Shown here: positions 37,524 through 46,573 of the stretch, piece by piece
Position numbering within the stretch: position 1 is the first letter of the stretch
Layout of the letters: every line of letters starts with the position of its first letter
Source of the DNA: Alphaproteobacteria bacterium
GTDB lineage: Bacteria; Pseudomonadota; Alphaproteobacteria; SHVP01
Length of the DNA: 64,000 nt
Assembly (NCBI GenBank): GCA_947473325.1
Contig: CANJEJ010000002.1
Span: forward strand, 29,359 to 93,358
Direction: 5' to 3'
Made by a program: the position numbers and the translations under genes
The notes under the pieces: model-generated
Told to the model about the DNA's origin: nothing
The model's input: the letters and a program-made list of their open reading frames with translations, nothing else
Databases searched by the model: none

Positions 37524-39206
37524 ATGACGAATGATCCGATGAAATGGTGGCGCACGCCCAAGGGCGTGCAGCGCGCCTATGCCGACAGCCGCTTCGGCCA
37601 GTTGCATTACGCCATCGCGCGGCCGGCCAAGGCGACGGCGCTGCCGCTCGTCTGCCTGCATGCCAGTCCGTCGTCCTGGCGCAGCTGGTTCAGCGTGATT
37701 CCGGAAATGGCGAGTGATCGCATCGTCGTGGCGCCGGACACGCCGGGCCATGGCGATTCCGACCTGCCGCCGTCGCAACCCGGCATCGAGGACTACGCCG
37801 CTGCGATCGGCGAGGCGCTCGACCAGATCGGCATCCGGCGCTTTGATGCCATCGGCAACCACACCGGGTCGAAGGTCGCGGTCGAACTCGCGCGCCAGCG
37901 CCCCGACCAGGTGCGCCGCCTCGTCCTGCTCTCGGCGCCGGTCTATTCCGACGAGGAATTGAAGGCGATCAAGGCGAAATATATGGAAGTGCCGCTGCAG
38001 GAAGACGGCGGTCACATGATCAAGCGCTGGTCATCGCTGATGAACGCGATGGGCAAGGTGCTGCCCATCGACATCGTGCAGCGCTCCTACAGCGAATCCC
38101 TCCGCGGCGGCATGGAATACGAATGGGGCCATCATGCGGCCTTCGCCTACCACCACGCCGACAACCTGCCGCACCTGCCCCACCGCATCACCGTGCTGAA
38201 TCCGAAAGACGAGATTCACGAGGCGACGAAGCGGGCGAAGAAATACCTGAAGAACGGCGAGGTGATGACGCTCGATGCGGGCCACGAGCTCCTCTATCTC
38301 GAGCCGGTGCGCTTTGGCCGCATGCTGCGCCAGCACCTCGACGGACCGGCACAGGATGTCGAGCCCGGCACGGTCACGCCGAAGCCGGCGCCACCGGCGC
38401 CGAAGATCACGCCGAAACTCGCCCGCAGGCACTATATCGACGGTGAACACGGCCAGATTCACTACCGGCGCACATCGCCGCTCAGCCCGACGCAAGTCCC
38501 GCTGCTCTGCCTGCATGCAAGCCCGCAGTCGAGCCTCAATTACGCCCAGCTGATGGAGGCCATCGGCACCGACCGCATCGTCGTCGCGCCCGACACGCCG
38601 GGCTATGGCAATTCGGAATGGCCAAAGACGGCACCGGCGATCGACGACTTCGCCCGCGCCATGATCCGCCTGGTGGCTGATCTCGGCCTAAAGACTGTCG
38701 ATGTCATGGGCTTCCACACCGGCTCGCTTACGGCGACCGAGATCGCGCGGCAGAAGCCGGGTCTCGTGCGCAAGATTGTCATGTATTCGGCACCGCTTTT
38801 CGCGGAAGAAGAACTTGCGTCTTTCCGTGCTGCCTATGCGCCGCTCGTGCTGCAGCCGGACGGGTCGCACACCGTCTACCGCTGGCGCCGCATGTGGAAA
38901 TGGAAGGACCCGAAGTTCCCGATCGAGGGCTATCACGTCATCAACGCGGAGCCCTTCCGCGCCGGGCCGAATTCCTGGTGGGGGCACAACGCGGCCTTCA
39001 ACTATCCCTTCCGCGAACGCCTGCCGCTCGTCGACAAGCCGATCCTCGTCCTCAACCCGAACGACGACCTCGTCGATCATTCGCGCAATGCCATGCCGCT
39101 GATGAAGCAGGGCCGCATCCACGAGCTGCCCGACTATGGCCATGGCATGATGGACGTGCACACGCCGGAAATCGCCAAAGTCATGCGGGGTTTCCTCGAT
39201 GGCTGA
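37524..39206 (+). CDS. tandem-duplicated alpha/beta-hydrolase-fold protein with non-canonical nucleophile motifs (G-N-H-T-G-S and G-F-H-T-G-S), family members 2 and 3 fused
   Basis: ORF 37500..39206 trimmed to Met 9 after an AAGGA SD. Two homologous ~280-aa halves, each with GQ[LI]HY...LCLHASP...APDTPG[HY]G. Confidence 0.7.
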   Translation: MTNDPMKWWRTPKGVQRAYADSRFGQLHYAIARPAKATALPLVCLHASPSSWRSWFSVIPEMASDRIVVAPDTPGHGDSDLPPSQPGIEDYAAAIGEALDQIGIRRFDAIGNHTGSKVAVELARQRPDQVRRLVLLSAPVYSDEELKAIKAKYMEVPLQEDGGHMIKRWSSLMNAMGKVLPIDIVQRSYSESLRGGMEYEWGHHAAFAYHHADNLPHLPHRITVLNPKDEIHEATKRAKKYLKNGEVMTLDAGHELLYLEPVRFGRMLRQHLDGPAQDVEPGTVTPKPAPPAPKITPKLARRHYIDGEHGQIHYRRTSPLSPTQVPLLCLHASPQSSLNYAQLMEAIGTDRIVVAPDTPGYGNSEWPKTAPAIDDFARAMIRLVADLGLKTVDVMGFHTGSLTATEIARQKPGLVRKIVMYSAPLFAEEELASFRAAYAPLVLQPDGSHTVYRWRRMWKWKDPKFPIEGYHVINAEPFRAGPNSWWGHNAAFNYPFRERLPLVDKPILVLNPNDDLVDHSRNAMPLMKQGRIHELPDYGHGMMDVHTPEIAKVMRGFLDG

Positions 39207-40263
39207 GATGCAGTACCGCCCGCTCGGCAGAAGCGGCCTGCGCGTGTCGCCGATCTGCCTTGGCGTGCTGCAGTTCGGCGCCGCCGCCACGCCGGCCGAC
39301 GCGGCGGCGATGATCGACAGCGCCCGCGCTGCCGGCGTCAACTTCCTCGACGTCGCCAATGTCTATGCGCTGGGCGAGGCGGAGCGCGCGCTCGGGCCGC
39401 TGATCGCGCGCGACCGCGATAGCTGGGTGCTGGCGACCAAGGCGGGCATCGCGATGGGGCCGGGGCCGCATCGCGGCGGCCTGTCGCGCAAGCATTTGTT
39501 CGACGCACTTGACGATTCGCTGCGCCGCCTCGGCACCGACTATGTCGATATCTTCTACCTGCATGTGCCGGACGAAGAGACACCGCTCGCGGAAACGCTG
39601 CGCGCGGTCGACGACATCATCCGCTCCGGCAAGGCGCGCTATTTCGGCATCAGCAACTACCGCGCCTTCGAGATTGCCGACATCGCGCTGACCTGCGACC
39701 GCATGGGCATCGCGCGGCCCGTCGTGTGCCAGATGCTCTACAACCTTGTCGACCGCGAGGCGGAGCGCGAGATCATTCCCGCCTGCCACCAGTTCGGCAT
39801 CGCGGTCGCGCCTTACAGCCCGCTGGCGCGTGGCGTGCTCACCGGCAAATACACGGTCAACGCGCCGCTGCCCGAAGGCTCGCGCGCGGCCCGCAAGGAC
39901 CGCCGCCTGATCGAGGCGGAGCTGCGCGACGAATCGATCCTGTTCGCCGCGCAGATGGCGGAACGGGCAAAGGCGCGCGGCCTCACCCCGTCGCAATTCG
40001 CCATCGCCTGGATGCTGCGCAACCGGTTGCTCACCAGCGTCGTCACCGGGCCGCGCACGCTCGCCCAGTGGGAAGACAATCTGTCGGCCGCGACCGTCAC
40101 GCTCACGGCCGAGGACGAAGCCTTTGTGAACGCCATCGTGCCGCCAGGCTGGGGCTCCACCCCCCAGTTCAACGATCCCCTGTGGCCGCCGCTCGGCCGC
40201 GAAGCCGCGGCGGGGGAGCGAATCCGCCCGGCCAAGGCACTGCCGCCGGGTCCCAAGGCCTGA
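39199..40263 (+). CDS. aldo/keto reductase (Tas/YajO-like AKR)
   Basis: 354 aa. AKR motifs. Start overlaps the upstream stop by 8 nt. Confidence 0.85.
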   Translation: MAEMQYRPLGRSGLRVSPICLGVLQFGAAATPADAAAMIDSARAAGVNFLDVANVYALGEAERALGPLIARDRDSWVLATKAGIAMGPGPHRGGLSRKHLFDALDDSLRRLGTDYVDIFYLHVPDEETPLAETLRAVDDIIRSGKARYFGISNYRAFEIADIALTCDRMGIARPVVCQMLYNLVDREAEREIIPACHQFGIAVAPYSPLARGVLTGKYTVNAPLPEGSRAARKDRRLIEAELRDESILFAAQMAERAKARGLTPSQFAIAWMLRNRLLTSVVTGPRTLAQWEDNLSAATVTLTAEDEAFVNAIVPPGWGSTPQFNDPLWPPLGREAAAGERIRPAKALPPGPKA

Positions 40264-40391
40264 CTTTTCGCCCTCGGGCTGTCCCAGGTCTGCACAAAAA
40301 CGCACCGCTGGACTGCGCGACAGCCCCGTGGAGGGGCGGATTTGACCCAGTTTGCTGCACGTGCGAAGAAAAAATTGACGGGTCTATAAGT

Positions 40392-40405
40392 CGCAGATTT
40401 CTGCG
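40392..40405. promoter_or_regulatory. lux/tra-box-like inverted repeat CGCAGA-TT-TCTGCG, ~155 nt upstream of luxR-family gene
   Basis: Read directly. Resembles the core of the tra-box (TGCAGATCTGCA). Further TCTGCG repeats lie at ~40455-40490. Confidence 0.3.
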
Positions 40406-40559
40406 GTTTTCCACAGGCTGAGCCATGCATTCGGCTCCGATCAGGGCCTCTGTTCTGCGAATCTGCATATCACTTCTGCGACCTTTCCGAATTCGCCGTG
40501 GCGGCCCCCCTCCCTAGACTGCAGGCGTTGCAAAGGATGCACGGCCTGGGGAGCCAAGC

Positions 40560-41288
40560 ATGTTCACGGAAGCAGCGGAATTCATGGAAGTGGCGCAGCG
40601 CCCGGGCAAGCCCGACGCGGTGCGGGATCGCTTCGCCAAGGCGGTCCGGGCGCTCGGCTTCGACGCCTTCGGCTATTTCGGCATGTACGCGCCGTTCGGG
40701 GCCGAAACCTCGCCCTTCATGGTGTCGACCTTCCCGCAGTCCTGGCAGGCCCGCTACGTCGAGCACCAGTACCACCGCCATGATCCGGTGGTGGCGGAGG
40801 CGATCCGCAGCGTGATCCCGCTGCGCTGGGATGAGCTTTCCCAGCGCCGCCCGCTCCGCCCCGAAGAGGTCGCGGTCCTGGTCGAGGCGCGCGAGCATGG
40901 CCTCGTTCACGGCTTCACCGTGCCTGTGCATGGCCTCGGCGGCGAACTGGGTGTCACCAGCGTCGTCGCTGGCCCCGGCACCCGCGACTTCGACCGCTTG
41001 GTCGAGGCACACCGCCACACAATCCACCTGATGGCCGTCTACCTGCACAACGCGTTGCGCGAGCAGGCCGCGGCAATGCCAACGCGCGAGGCGCGCCTGT
41101 CGCCGCGCGAGATCGAATGCATTGCATGGACGGCACAGGGCAAGACGACCTGGGAAGTGTCGCAGATCCTGCGCCTGTCAGAAGCGACGGTAAATTTCTA
41201 CCTGCGCAACGCCATGCGGAAGCTCGGCGTGCACAGCAAGGCGCACGCGGTCGCCAAGACCCTTGTACTCGGGCTGATCCACGCATGA
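40560..41288 (+). CDS. LuxR-family transcriptional regulator with N-terminal autoinducer (AHL)-binding domain; orphan, no luxI in the window
   Basis: 242 aa. Autoinducer-binding domain residues conserved (W in QSWQARY, Y in HQYH, D-P in HRHDPVV, W in PLRWDE, G). C-terminal LuxR HTH (LSPREIECIAWTAQGKTTWEVSQIL). Confidence 0.85.
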   Translation: MFTEAAEFMEVAQRPGKPDAVRDRFAKAVRALGFDAFGYFGMYAPFGAETSPFMVSTFPQSWQARYVEHQYHRHDPVVAEAIRSVIPLRWDELSQRRPLRPEEVAVLVEAREHGLVHGFTVPVHGLGGELGVTSVVAGPGTRDFDRLVEAHRHTIHLMAVYLHNALREQAAAMPTREARLSPREIECIAWTAQGKTTWEVSQILRLSEATVNFYLRNAMRKLGVHSKAHAVAKTLVLGLIHA

Positions 41289-41485
41289 CGCCCGTTCACT
41301 CCACTTCACCGATTGAGGGCCGGGGTGATCGCTTCGGCGATCTCGCCCCAGCTGCGTTCCGTGCCGCACCCGGAACGCAGATGTCGAAGGCTGCCGGCGC
41401 CCATCGCCGTCAGCCGGTCCCTACCTCCTCAGGGACTCCTCGGCGACCTGCCTGGCGGGAACTCCGTGCCCTCAACCCCGCATAT

Positions 41486-41521
41486 CCCGTCACGATCGCG
41501 CAGTCACACAGCTGTGACGGG
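41486..41521. promoter_or_regulatory. nested inverted repeat CCCGTCAC...GTGACGGG enclosing palindrome CACAGCTGTG, ~45 nt upstream of a small ORF
   Basis: Read directly. Candidate operator, function unknown. Confidence 0.3.
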
Positions 41522-41565
41522 AATAGCTTTCCGCAACCCCGCGTTTTCAATGGGAGATGACTGAC

Positions 41566-41739
41566 ATGGCGACGATGACGTCTCAAGGGCCAAACCCCTG
41601 GCTTCTCCTGAAGCGCGCCTTCGGCCTTGCGCCCAAGCCCGCGCCGGCCACACGGGCCGCGCCGCGCCAGGCGGCCTACGACGACTACTGGGCGCTGCAG
41701 AATCGCAAAGCCTCGCGTCCGGCACCGATCAAGAAGTAG
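41566..41739 (+). CDS. small basic Pro/Ala-rich peptide ORF (57 aa), hypothetical
   Basis: GGGAGA SD 8 nt upstream of the ATG. Sits directly upstream of the pentapeptide-repeat gene. No homology recognised. Confidence 0.3.
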   Translation: MATMTSQGPNPWLLLKRAFGLAPKPAPATRAAPRQAAYDDYWALQNRKASRPAPIKK

Positions 41740-41778
41740 CCGCGCGGCACCGAAACCCTCGCCCCTCGGGAGGAGGCG

Positions 41779-42900
41779 ATGACCATGACAGTGGGCCTAA
41801 ACAGCGGGACGAATGCCATGACCCCGCACCAGCTGATCGACCTGCTGCACAGCCACTCGCGCTATGTTGCGCGGCGGGATGGCGGCAAGCGCGCCGAGCT
41901 GGTGCGCCAGGATCTCTCCGGCCTGCGACTCAAGGGCGTGGTGCTGGAAGGGGCGCGGCTTGCCGGCGCCAACCTGTCCGGCTGCGACCTGACCGGGGCG
42001 AACCTGCGCGGCGCCGACCTGTTCGGGGCGCGCCTCGATGGTGCGACGCTAGCGGGCGCCGACATGGAGCGTGCCGACCTGCGCGGCGCCTCGCTGCAGG
42101 AAGCCAGCCTGCGTTACGCCAACCTGAAGGAAGTCGACCTGCGCTCGGGCATGCTGCTGCACCATGGCGGCGATGCGGCGATGACACGCGCGATGGCGCA
42201 GCGGCCGACCCACGCCGACTTGCGCGGCACCGACCTGCAGCGCGCCAACCTGACCGCGGCGCGGCTGAAAGACGCCAACCTGACTGGCAGCAACCTGCGA
42301 GGCGCCACCGTCACGCATGCCCGTTTCGAAGGCGCCAACCTGCGCGGCGCGGTGCTGGCGGATGTGAACCTGCCGTCGGCCAACTTCACCGGCGCACGCT
42401 ACAGCGCCGCTTCGGCCGAGCTGCCCTTTGACCTGCAGGTCATCCTGCGCGACCACGCGCTGTGGGCGGACTCAGCGGGGAGCCGCGGCGTGCGCGCCCT
42501 GCTGCGCGGCGTCGACCTGCGCGGCCTCAACCTCGCCTTCGCCTATCTCAACGGCGCCGACCTGCTGGGCGCCGACCTGCGCAACTGCAACCTGGCGGAC
42601 AGCGAGTTCGTACTCGCCAACCTGATGGAAGCGCGGCTCGACAAGGCGAACCTGCGCAAGGCCGACCTCTCGGGCGCCTGCCTGCGGGCGGCGACGCTGA
42701 CGGGCGCCTGCCTGGAACGCGCACGCTTCGCCACGGTCGACGTCAAGGACGCCAGGGGCCAGCCCACGGGGCGCAACCGCGCCACCGACCTGCGCGGCGC
42801 CGACCTGACCGATGCCGACCTGTCGCAGACCGACCTGTCGGCGGCCATCCCGGTCCATGGCGCCCCCGAACCGGAAACCGACGACGTGCCGCGCAACTAG
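41779..42900 (+). CDS. pentapeptide-repeat protein (two repeat domains)
   Basis: 373 aa. Long runs of A(D/N)LxG pentapeptides (ANLSGCDLTGANLRGADLFGARLDGATLAGADM...). Paralog of 56750..58021. Confidence 0.8.
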   Translation: MTMTVGLNSGTNAMTPHQLIDLLHSHSRYVARRDGGKRAELVRQDLSGLRLKGVVLEGARLAGANLSGCDLTGANLRGADLFGARLDGATLAGADMERADLRGASLQEASLRYANLKEVDLRSGMLLHHGGDAAMTRAMAQRPTHADLRGTDLQRANLTAARLKDANLTGSNLRGATVTHARFEGANLRGAVLADVNLPSANFTGARYSAASAELPFDLQVILRDHALWADSAGSRGVRALLRGVDLRGLNLAFAYLNGADLLGADLRNCNLADSEFVLANLMEARLDKANLRKADLSGACLRAATLTGACLERARFATVDVKDARGQPTGRNRATDLRGADLTDADLSQTDLSAAIPVHGAPEPETDDVPRN

Positions 42901-42985
42901 TCATCCAGCCCTTGCCCGCGCGTCCCGTCCTGTCACAATGACCTCGGCCCCGTTTCGGGGCCGTTGTCATTCAGGCGGGGCGGAC

Positions 42986-43417
42986 ATGGCAGGGTATTTC
43001 GAAACCCAGCGCGGCGTCGTGCAGGCGTGGGAATGTGACCACATGGGTCACCTCAACACGACCTTCTACATGCAGAAATTCAGCGAGGCGGGGGCGCAGC
43101 TCACCGCCCGCATCGGGCTGACGCGCCTCTACATGGACGAAAGCGGCGGCGGCATGGCCGCGCTCGAACACATCATCAAGTACCGCCGCGAGCTGCGCGC
43201 GGGCGATGTTACGCTGGTCGAAAGCGGCATGCTCGAGGTTGGCAACAAGACGATCCGCTTCCTCCACCGCCTGCTCAACGCGACGACGCTGGAGCTGGCG
43301 GCGACCATGGAAGGCGTCGCCTGCTATTTCGATCGCAACACGCGAAAATCCGAACCGCTGCCCGACTTCATGCGCGCGAAGTCGCTGGCCCTCATTGTCG
43401 AACGCAAGGATGACTGA
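42986..43417 (+). CDS. hotdog-fold acyl-CoA thioesterase (4HBT/YbgC-like)
   Basis: ORF 42812..43417 trimmed to Met 59 (MAGYFETQRGVVQAWECDHMGHLNTTFYM...), the typical 4HBT motif. Confidence 0.75.
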   Translation: MAGYFETQRGVVQAWECDHMGHLNTTFYMQKFSEAGAQLTARIGLTRLYMDESGGGMAALEHIIKYRRELRAGDVTLVESGMLEVGNKTIRFLHRLLNATTLELAATMEGVACYFDRNTRKSEPLPDFMRAKSLALIVERKDD

Positions 43418-43418
43418 C

Positions 43419-44201
43419 ATGCGTTGTGGTTACGTCGATCTTCCCGCCGGCCAGGTGCATTACCGCCGCGCCGGTGATTCCGGCCCCTGGGTGTTCCTGT
43501 TCCACCAGACTCCGCTGTCGTCGCGCATGTATGAACCGACGCTGCCCGAACTGGGCAAGACCTGTCGCGCGGTCGCCTTCGACACGCCGGGCTATGGCGG
43601 TTCGGCGCCGCCCGCCGGGCCGACCACGGTGAACGATTATGCGACGCGCCTGCTTGCGGCGATCGACACTTTCACCACCGGAAACTTCGTGTTGGTCGGC
43701 GTCGCCACCGGTTGCGCCGTGTCGCTGGAAATCGCCCGCCTCGCCGGCAAGCGGGTAACCCATGCCGTCTTCAGCGGCGCGCCGCTGCTCACCCCCGCAC
43801 GCATGGCGCATTTCCGCGCCCAGCTCGGCGAGCCCGCCGTCAAGGAAGACGGCAGCCACCTGCTGCAGGTGTGGAAAAGCCGCCGCGGCAACTGGGGTGA
43901 CGAAGCCCCCATGGACCAGATGATGATGGCGGCGTCGGAAACCATCCGGGTCTACGACCGGCTGAACTGGGGCCTGCTCGCTGTGACGCGCTATGACGTG
44001 CGCGCGGCGCTTGAGGCCCTGACCTGTCCGGTCCTGTTCATCTCGGCGGGCTTCGACAAGCTCGCGCCCGAGAATGAGGCGGCGGCCAGCGTCGTGCGCC
44101 ACAGCGTGCAGAAAGTCATCCCCGGTGTGCCGCCGCAGCTCTGCTGGACCGCGCCACAAGCTTACGCGCGGGAAATCAGCTCTTTCATTGGCGCTGGTTG
44201 A
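43419..44201 (+). CDS. alpha/beta-hydrolase-fold protein with non-canonical nucleophile motif (G-V-A-T-G-C), family member 4
   Basis: ORF 43206..44201 trimmed to Met 72 (an alternative ATG at 43410 overlaps the thioesterase stop). GQVHYRR and FLFHQTP motifs as in the other family members. Confidence 0.65.
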   Translation: MRCGYVDLPAGQVHYRRAGDSGPWVFLFHQTPLSSRMYEPTLPELGKTCRAVAFDTPGYGGSAPPAGPTTVNDYATRLLAAIDTFTTGNFVLVGVATGCAVSLEIARLAGKRVTHAVFSGAPLLTPARMAHFRAQLGEPAVKEDGSHLLQVWKSRRGNWGDEAPMDQMMMAASETIRVYDRLNWGLLAVTRYDVRAALEALTCPVLFISAGFDKLAPENEAAASVVRHSVQKVIPGVPPQLCWTAPQAYAREISSFIGAG

Positions 44202-44296
44202 CAGGTCGCAGCTCGCTCCCGATGTAACCCGGAACGAGGCGTTCGCCGCTGTAAGCCTTATGTAACAATGGCACAGGGGCTTTGGTGGGGCACCGC

Positions 44297-46567
44297 ATGG
44301 CAATCCGGTTGACGCGTTGGGTGGGGGCGGCGGTCGCTGCCCTGGGCTTGTCGGCCTGTGGGGTGCTCGCCCCATTGCCGCGTTCGACCACGGTCGAGGA
44401 ACGCCTGGCCATGCTGCCCACCACCGGCCTGCCGCTCAAGGGCAGGGTGACGGTGCGCTGGAACGACCAGATGGTCCCCTTCGTCGAAGCCGAGCATGAC
44501 GAGGACCTGGCGGTCGCGCTGGGCGTCATTCACGCGCATCTCCGGCTTGGCCAGATGGAAGTGGGCCGCCGCGCCGCGCGCGGGCGCATCGCCGAGATGG
44601 GTGGGCCGCTCGCCACCGACATCGACCACGCGTTGCGCATCATCGACTTCGGCAAGGCGACGCCGCAGGTTGTGGCGGCCATGCCGGCCGACAGCCGCGC
44701 CTGGCTCGACGGCTTCGTGCGCGGCCTCAACCACTACGTCGCCACGACCAGGGAGCTGCCGCACGAATTCGCCGTGCTCGGGCTGGAACGCGAGCCGTGG
44801 ACGGCGGAAGACGTGCTGACGGTGGGGCGCCTCGCATCGAGCGACGTCAACTGGTTCGTCTGGTTCGCCCTGCTGAAGCAGCGCAACCGTCCCGACTGGC
44901 CGCAGGTGTGGGAACGCCTGGTGGGCGAGGGGACGATGTCTGTGCCAAGTCACGCCGCCGGCCAGACGCGCGACTTCGCGGCGCTGCAGGACCTGCTGGT
45001 TGGCATGAGCCGGTCGGGCAGCAACTCGGTCGCCGTCACGGCACAGAAGAGCACGTCGGGCGGCGCGCTGATCGCCAGCGATCCGCATCTCGGCGTCACG
45101 CTGCCGAACCTGTGGCTGGTCGCGGGATACAAATCGCCGTCCTATCACGCGGTCGGGCTGATGCCCGCCGGCCTGCCGTTTCTCGCGATTGGCCGCAATG
45201 AACGCATCGCCTGGGGCGGCACCAATTTGCGCGCCGCATCGAGCGACCTGTTCGACGTCAGCAGCCTGCCCGCCGACCAGTTCCGCCTGCGCGCGGAGAA
45301 GATCAGGGTGCGCTTCTGGTTCGACCGCACGGTGCAGGTGCGCGAGACGAAGCTGGGCCCGGTCATTTCCGACGCGCCGATGATCGACATGGGCGGCGCC
45401 GGGCCGCTCGCCATCCGCTGGATCGGCCACAGCCCGACGGACGAGTTGAACGCCATGCTGCGCCTCAACCGTGCCGGCAACTGGGACGAGTTCCGTGCCG
45501 CACTGGACGGCTTCGCCATCTCGGCGCAGAACATGATCTACGCGGATATCGACGGCAACATCGGCCATGTCATGGCGGCGCATCTGCCGAAGCGGCCTAA
45601 CGCAGCGCCGGCCGATCTCGTCACGCCCTTTGCGGATGCCGGCCCGTGGGACGAAATCGTCACGGGCGCCAGCCTGCCGGTCACCTTCAATCCTCCGGGC
45701 GGTGTCATCGCCTCGGCGAACAACCGCGGCGCGGAAGCGGATGTGCCGATCGGCTATTTCTTCTCGCCCAACGATCGCGTGCTGCGGCTTGCCAGCGTGC
45801 TGGAGAAGCGCGAACGCGTCAGCGCAGCCGAACTAAGCGCCATCCAGCGCGACACGTTCCAGATTTCATCGCTCGACCTGCGCGATGTGCTGGTCGCGCG
45901 GGCCCGCCGCGAGATGCTTGCCGATGCCCTGCCCGCTGACCAGCGCACGCTGTTCGATCGCATGGCCGGCTGGGATGGGTACTACAGCGTGGCGTCGCCC
46001 GGCGCCCCGGCGTTTGAAATCTTCCTGTTCCATTTCGTGGCCGCCTTCTTCGACGCGCAACAGAAGTCGGTCTATGGCTCTACGGGGCGTCCCTTCAGCT
46101 TCTACCAGGCGGATATCGAAGCCGCGCCGGCGGATCGCTTCGCCGCCGCTTTCCGGGCGGCGCTGGCAGCGGCTGCGCCGCGCGCCACCGAGGTGCAGGC
46201 CTGGGGCGACATGCACCGCCTGTCGCTCGGCCACCCGCTCGGCTTCATCCCGGTTCTGGGCCGGCGCTACCAGATCGGTGGCGATATCCCGACAGGCGGC
46301 AGCTCCAACACCGTGATGAAGACGGCGCATGACCTGACCGACCAGCGCCACTTCACGCGCTATGGCTCCAACGCGCGCCATGTCTCCGACATGGCCGATC
46401 CGGACGCCAATTTCTTCACCCTGCTCGGCGGGCAGGACGGCTGGTTCAACAGCGCCGCCTTCAACGACCAGTCGGTGCTGTGGCGCGACGGCGCCCATGT
46501 CCAGGTGCCGATGCGACCCGAATCGGTACGCGCCAGCTTCCGCCACGTCACCGTGCTGTCGCCGTAG
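44297..46567 (+). CDS. penicillin-amidase/acylase family Ntn-hydrolase lipoprotein (AHL-acylase-like, PvdQ/QuiP/AiiD group)
   Basis: ORF 44282..46567 trimmed to Met 6. Lipobox LSAC signal. Conserved G-S-N-S-V-A-V autoproteolytic site with the Ser nucleophile of the beta subunit. ~756 aa, typical of the family. Confidence 0.85.
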   Translation: MAIRLTRWVGAAVAALGLSACGVLAPLPRSTTVEERLAMLPTTGLPLKGRVTVRWNDQMVPFVEAEHDEDLAVALGVIHAHLRLGQMEVGRRAARGRIAEMGGPLATDIDHALRIIDFGKATPQVVAAMPADSRAWLDGFVRGLNHYVATTRELPHEFAVLGLEREPWTAEDVLTVGRLASSDVNWFVWFALLKQRNRPDWPQVWERLVGEGTMSVPSHAAGQTRDFAALQDLLVGMSRSGSNSVAVTAQKSTSGGALIASDPHLGVTLPNLWLVAGYKSPSYHAVGLMPAGLPFLAIGRNERIAWGGTNLRAASSDLFDVSSLPADQFRLRAEKIRVRFWFDRTVQVRETKLGPVISDAPMIDMGGAGPLAIRWIGHSPTDELNAMLRLNRAGNWDEFRAALDGFAISAQNMIYADIDGNIGHVMAAHLPKRPNAAPADLVTPFADAGPWDEIVTGASLPVTFNPPGGVIASANNRGAEADVPIGYFFSPNDRVLRLASVLEKRERVSAAELSAIQRDTFQISSLDLRDVLVARARREMLADALPADQRTLFDRMAGWDGYYSVASPGAPAFEIFLFHFVAAFFDAQQKSVYGSTGRPFSFYQADIEAAPADRFAAAFRAALAAAAPRATEVQAWGDMHRLSLGHPLGFIPVLGRRYQIGGDIPTGGSSNTVMKTAHDLTDQRHFTRYGSNARHVSDMADPDANFFTLLGGQDGWFNSAAFNDQSVLWRDGAHVQVPMRPESVRASFRHVTVLSP

Positions 46568-46573
46568 CGCCGG

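Noticed and set aside
40264-40559. Sigma-70 promoter TTGACG...TATAAG upstream of luxR
   Set aside because: The two hexamers are only 4 nt apart (TTGACGGGTCTATAAG), so they cannot be a -35/-10 pair. The motif was kept only as part of the palindrome region.
41779-42900. Calling the pentapeptide-repeat proteins Qnr
   Set aside because: They are roughly twice the length of Qnr/MfpA proteins and have a two-domain architecture. Only the generic pentapeptide-repeat family call is supported.
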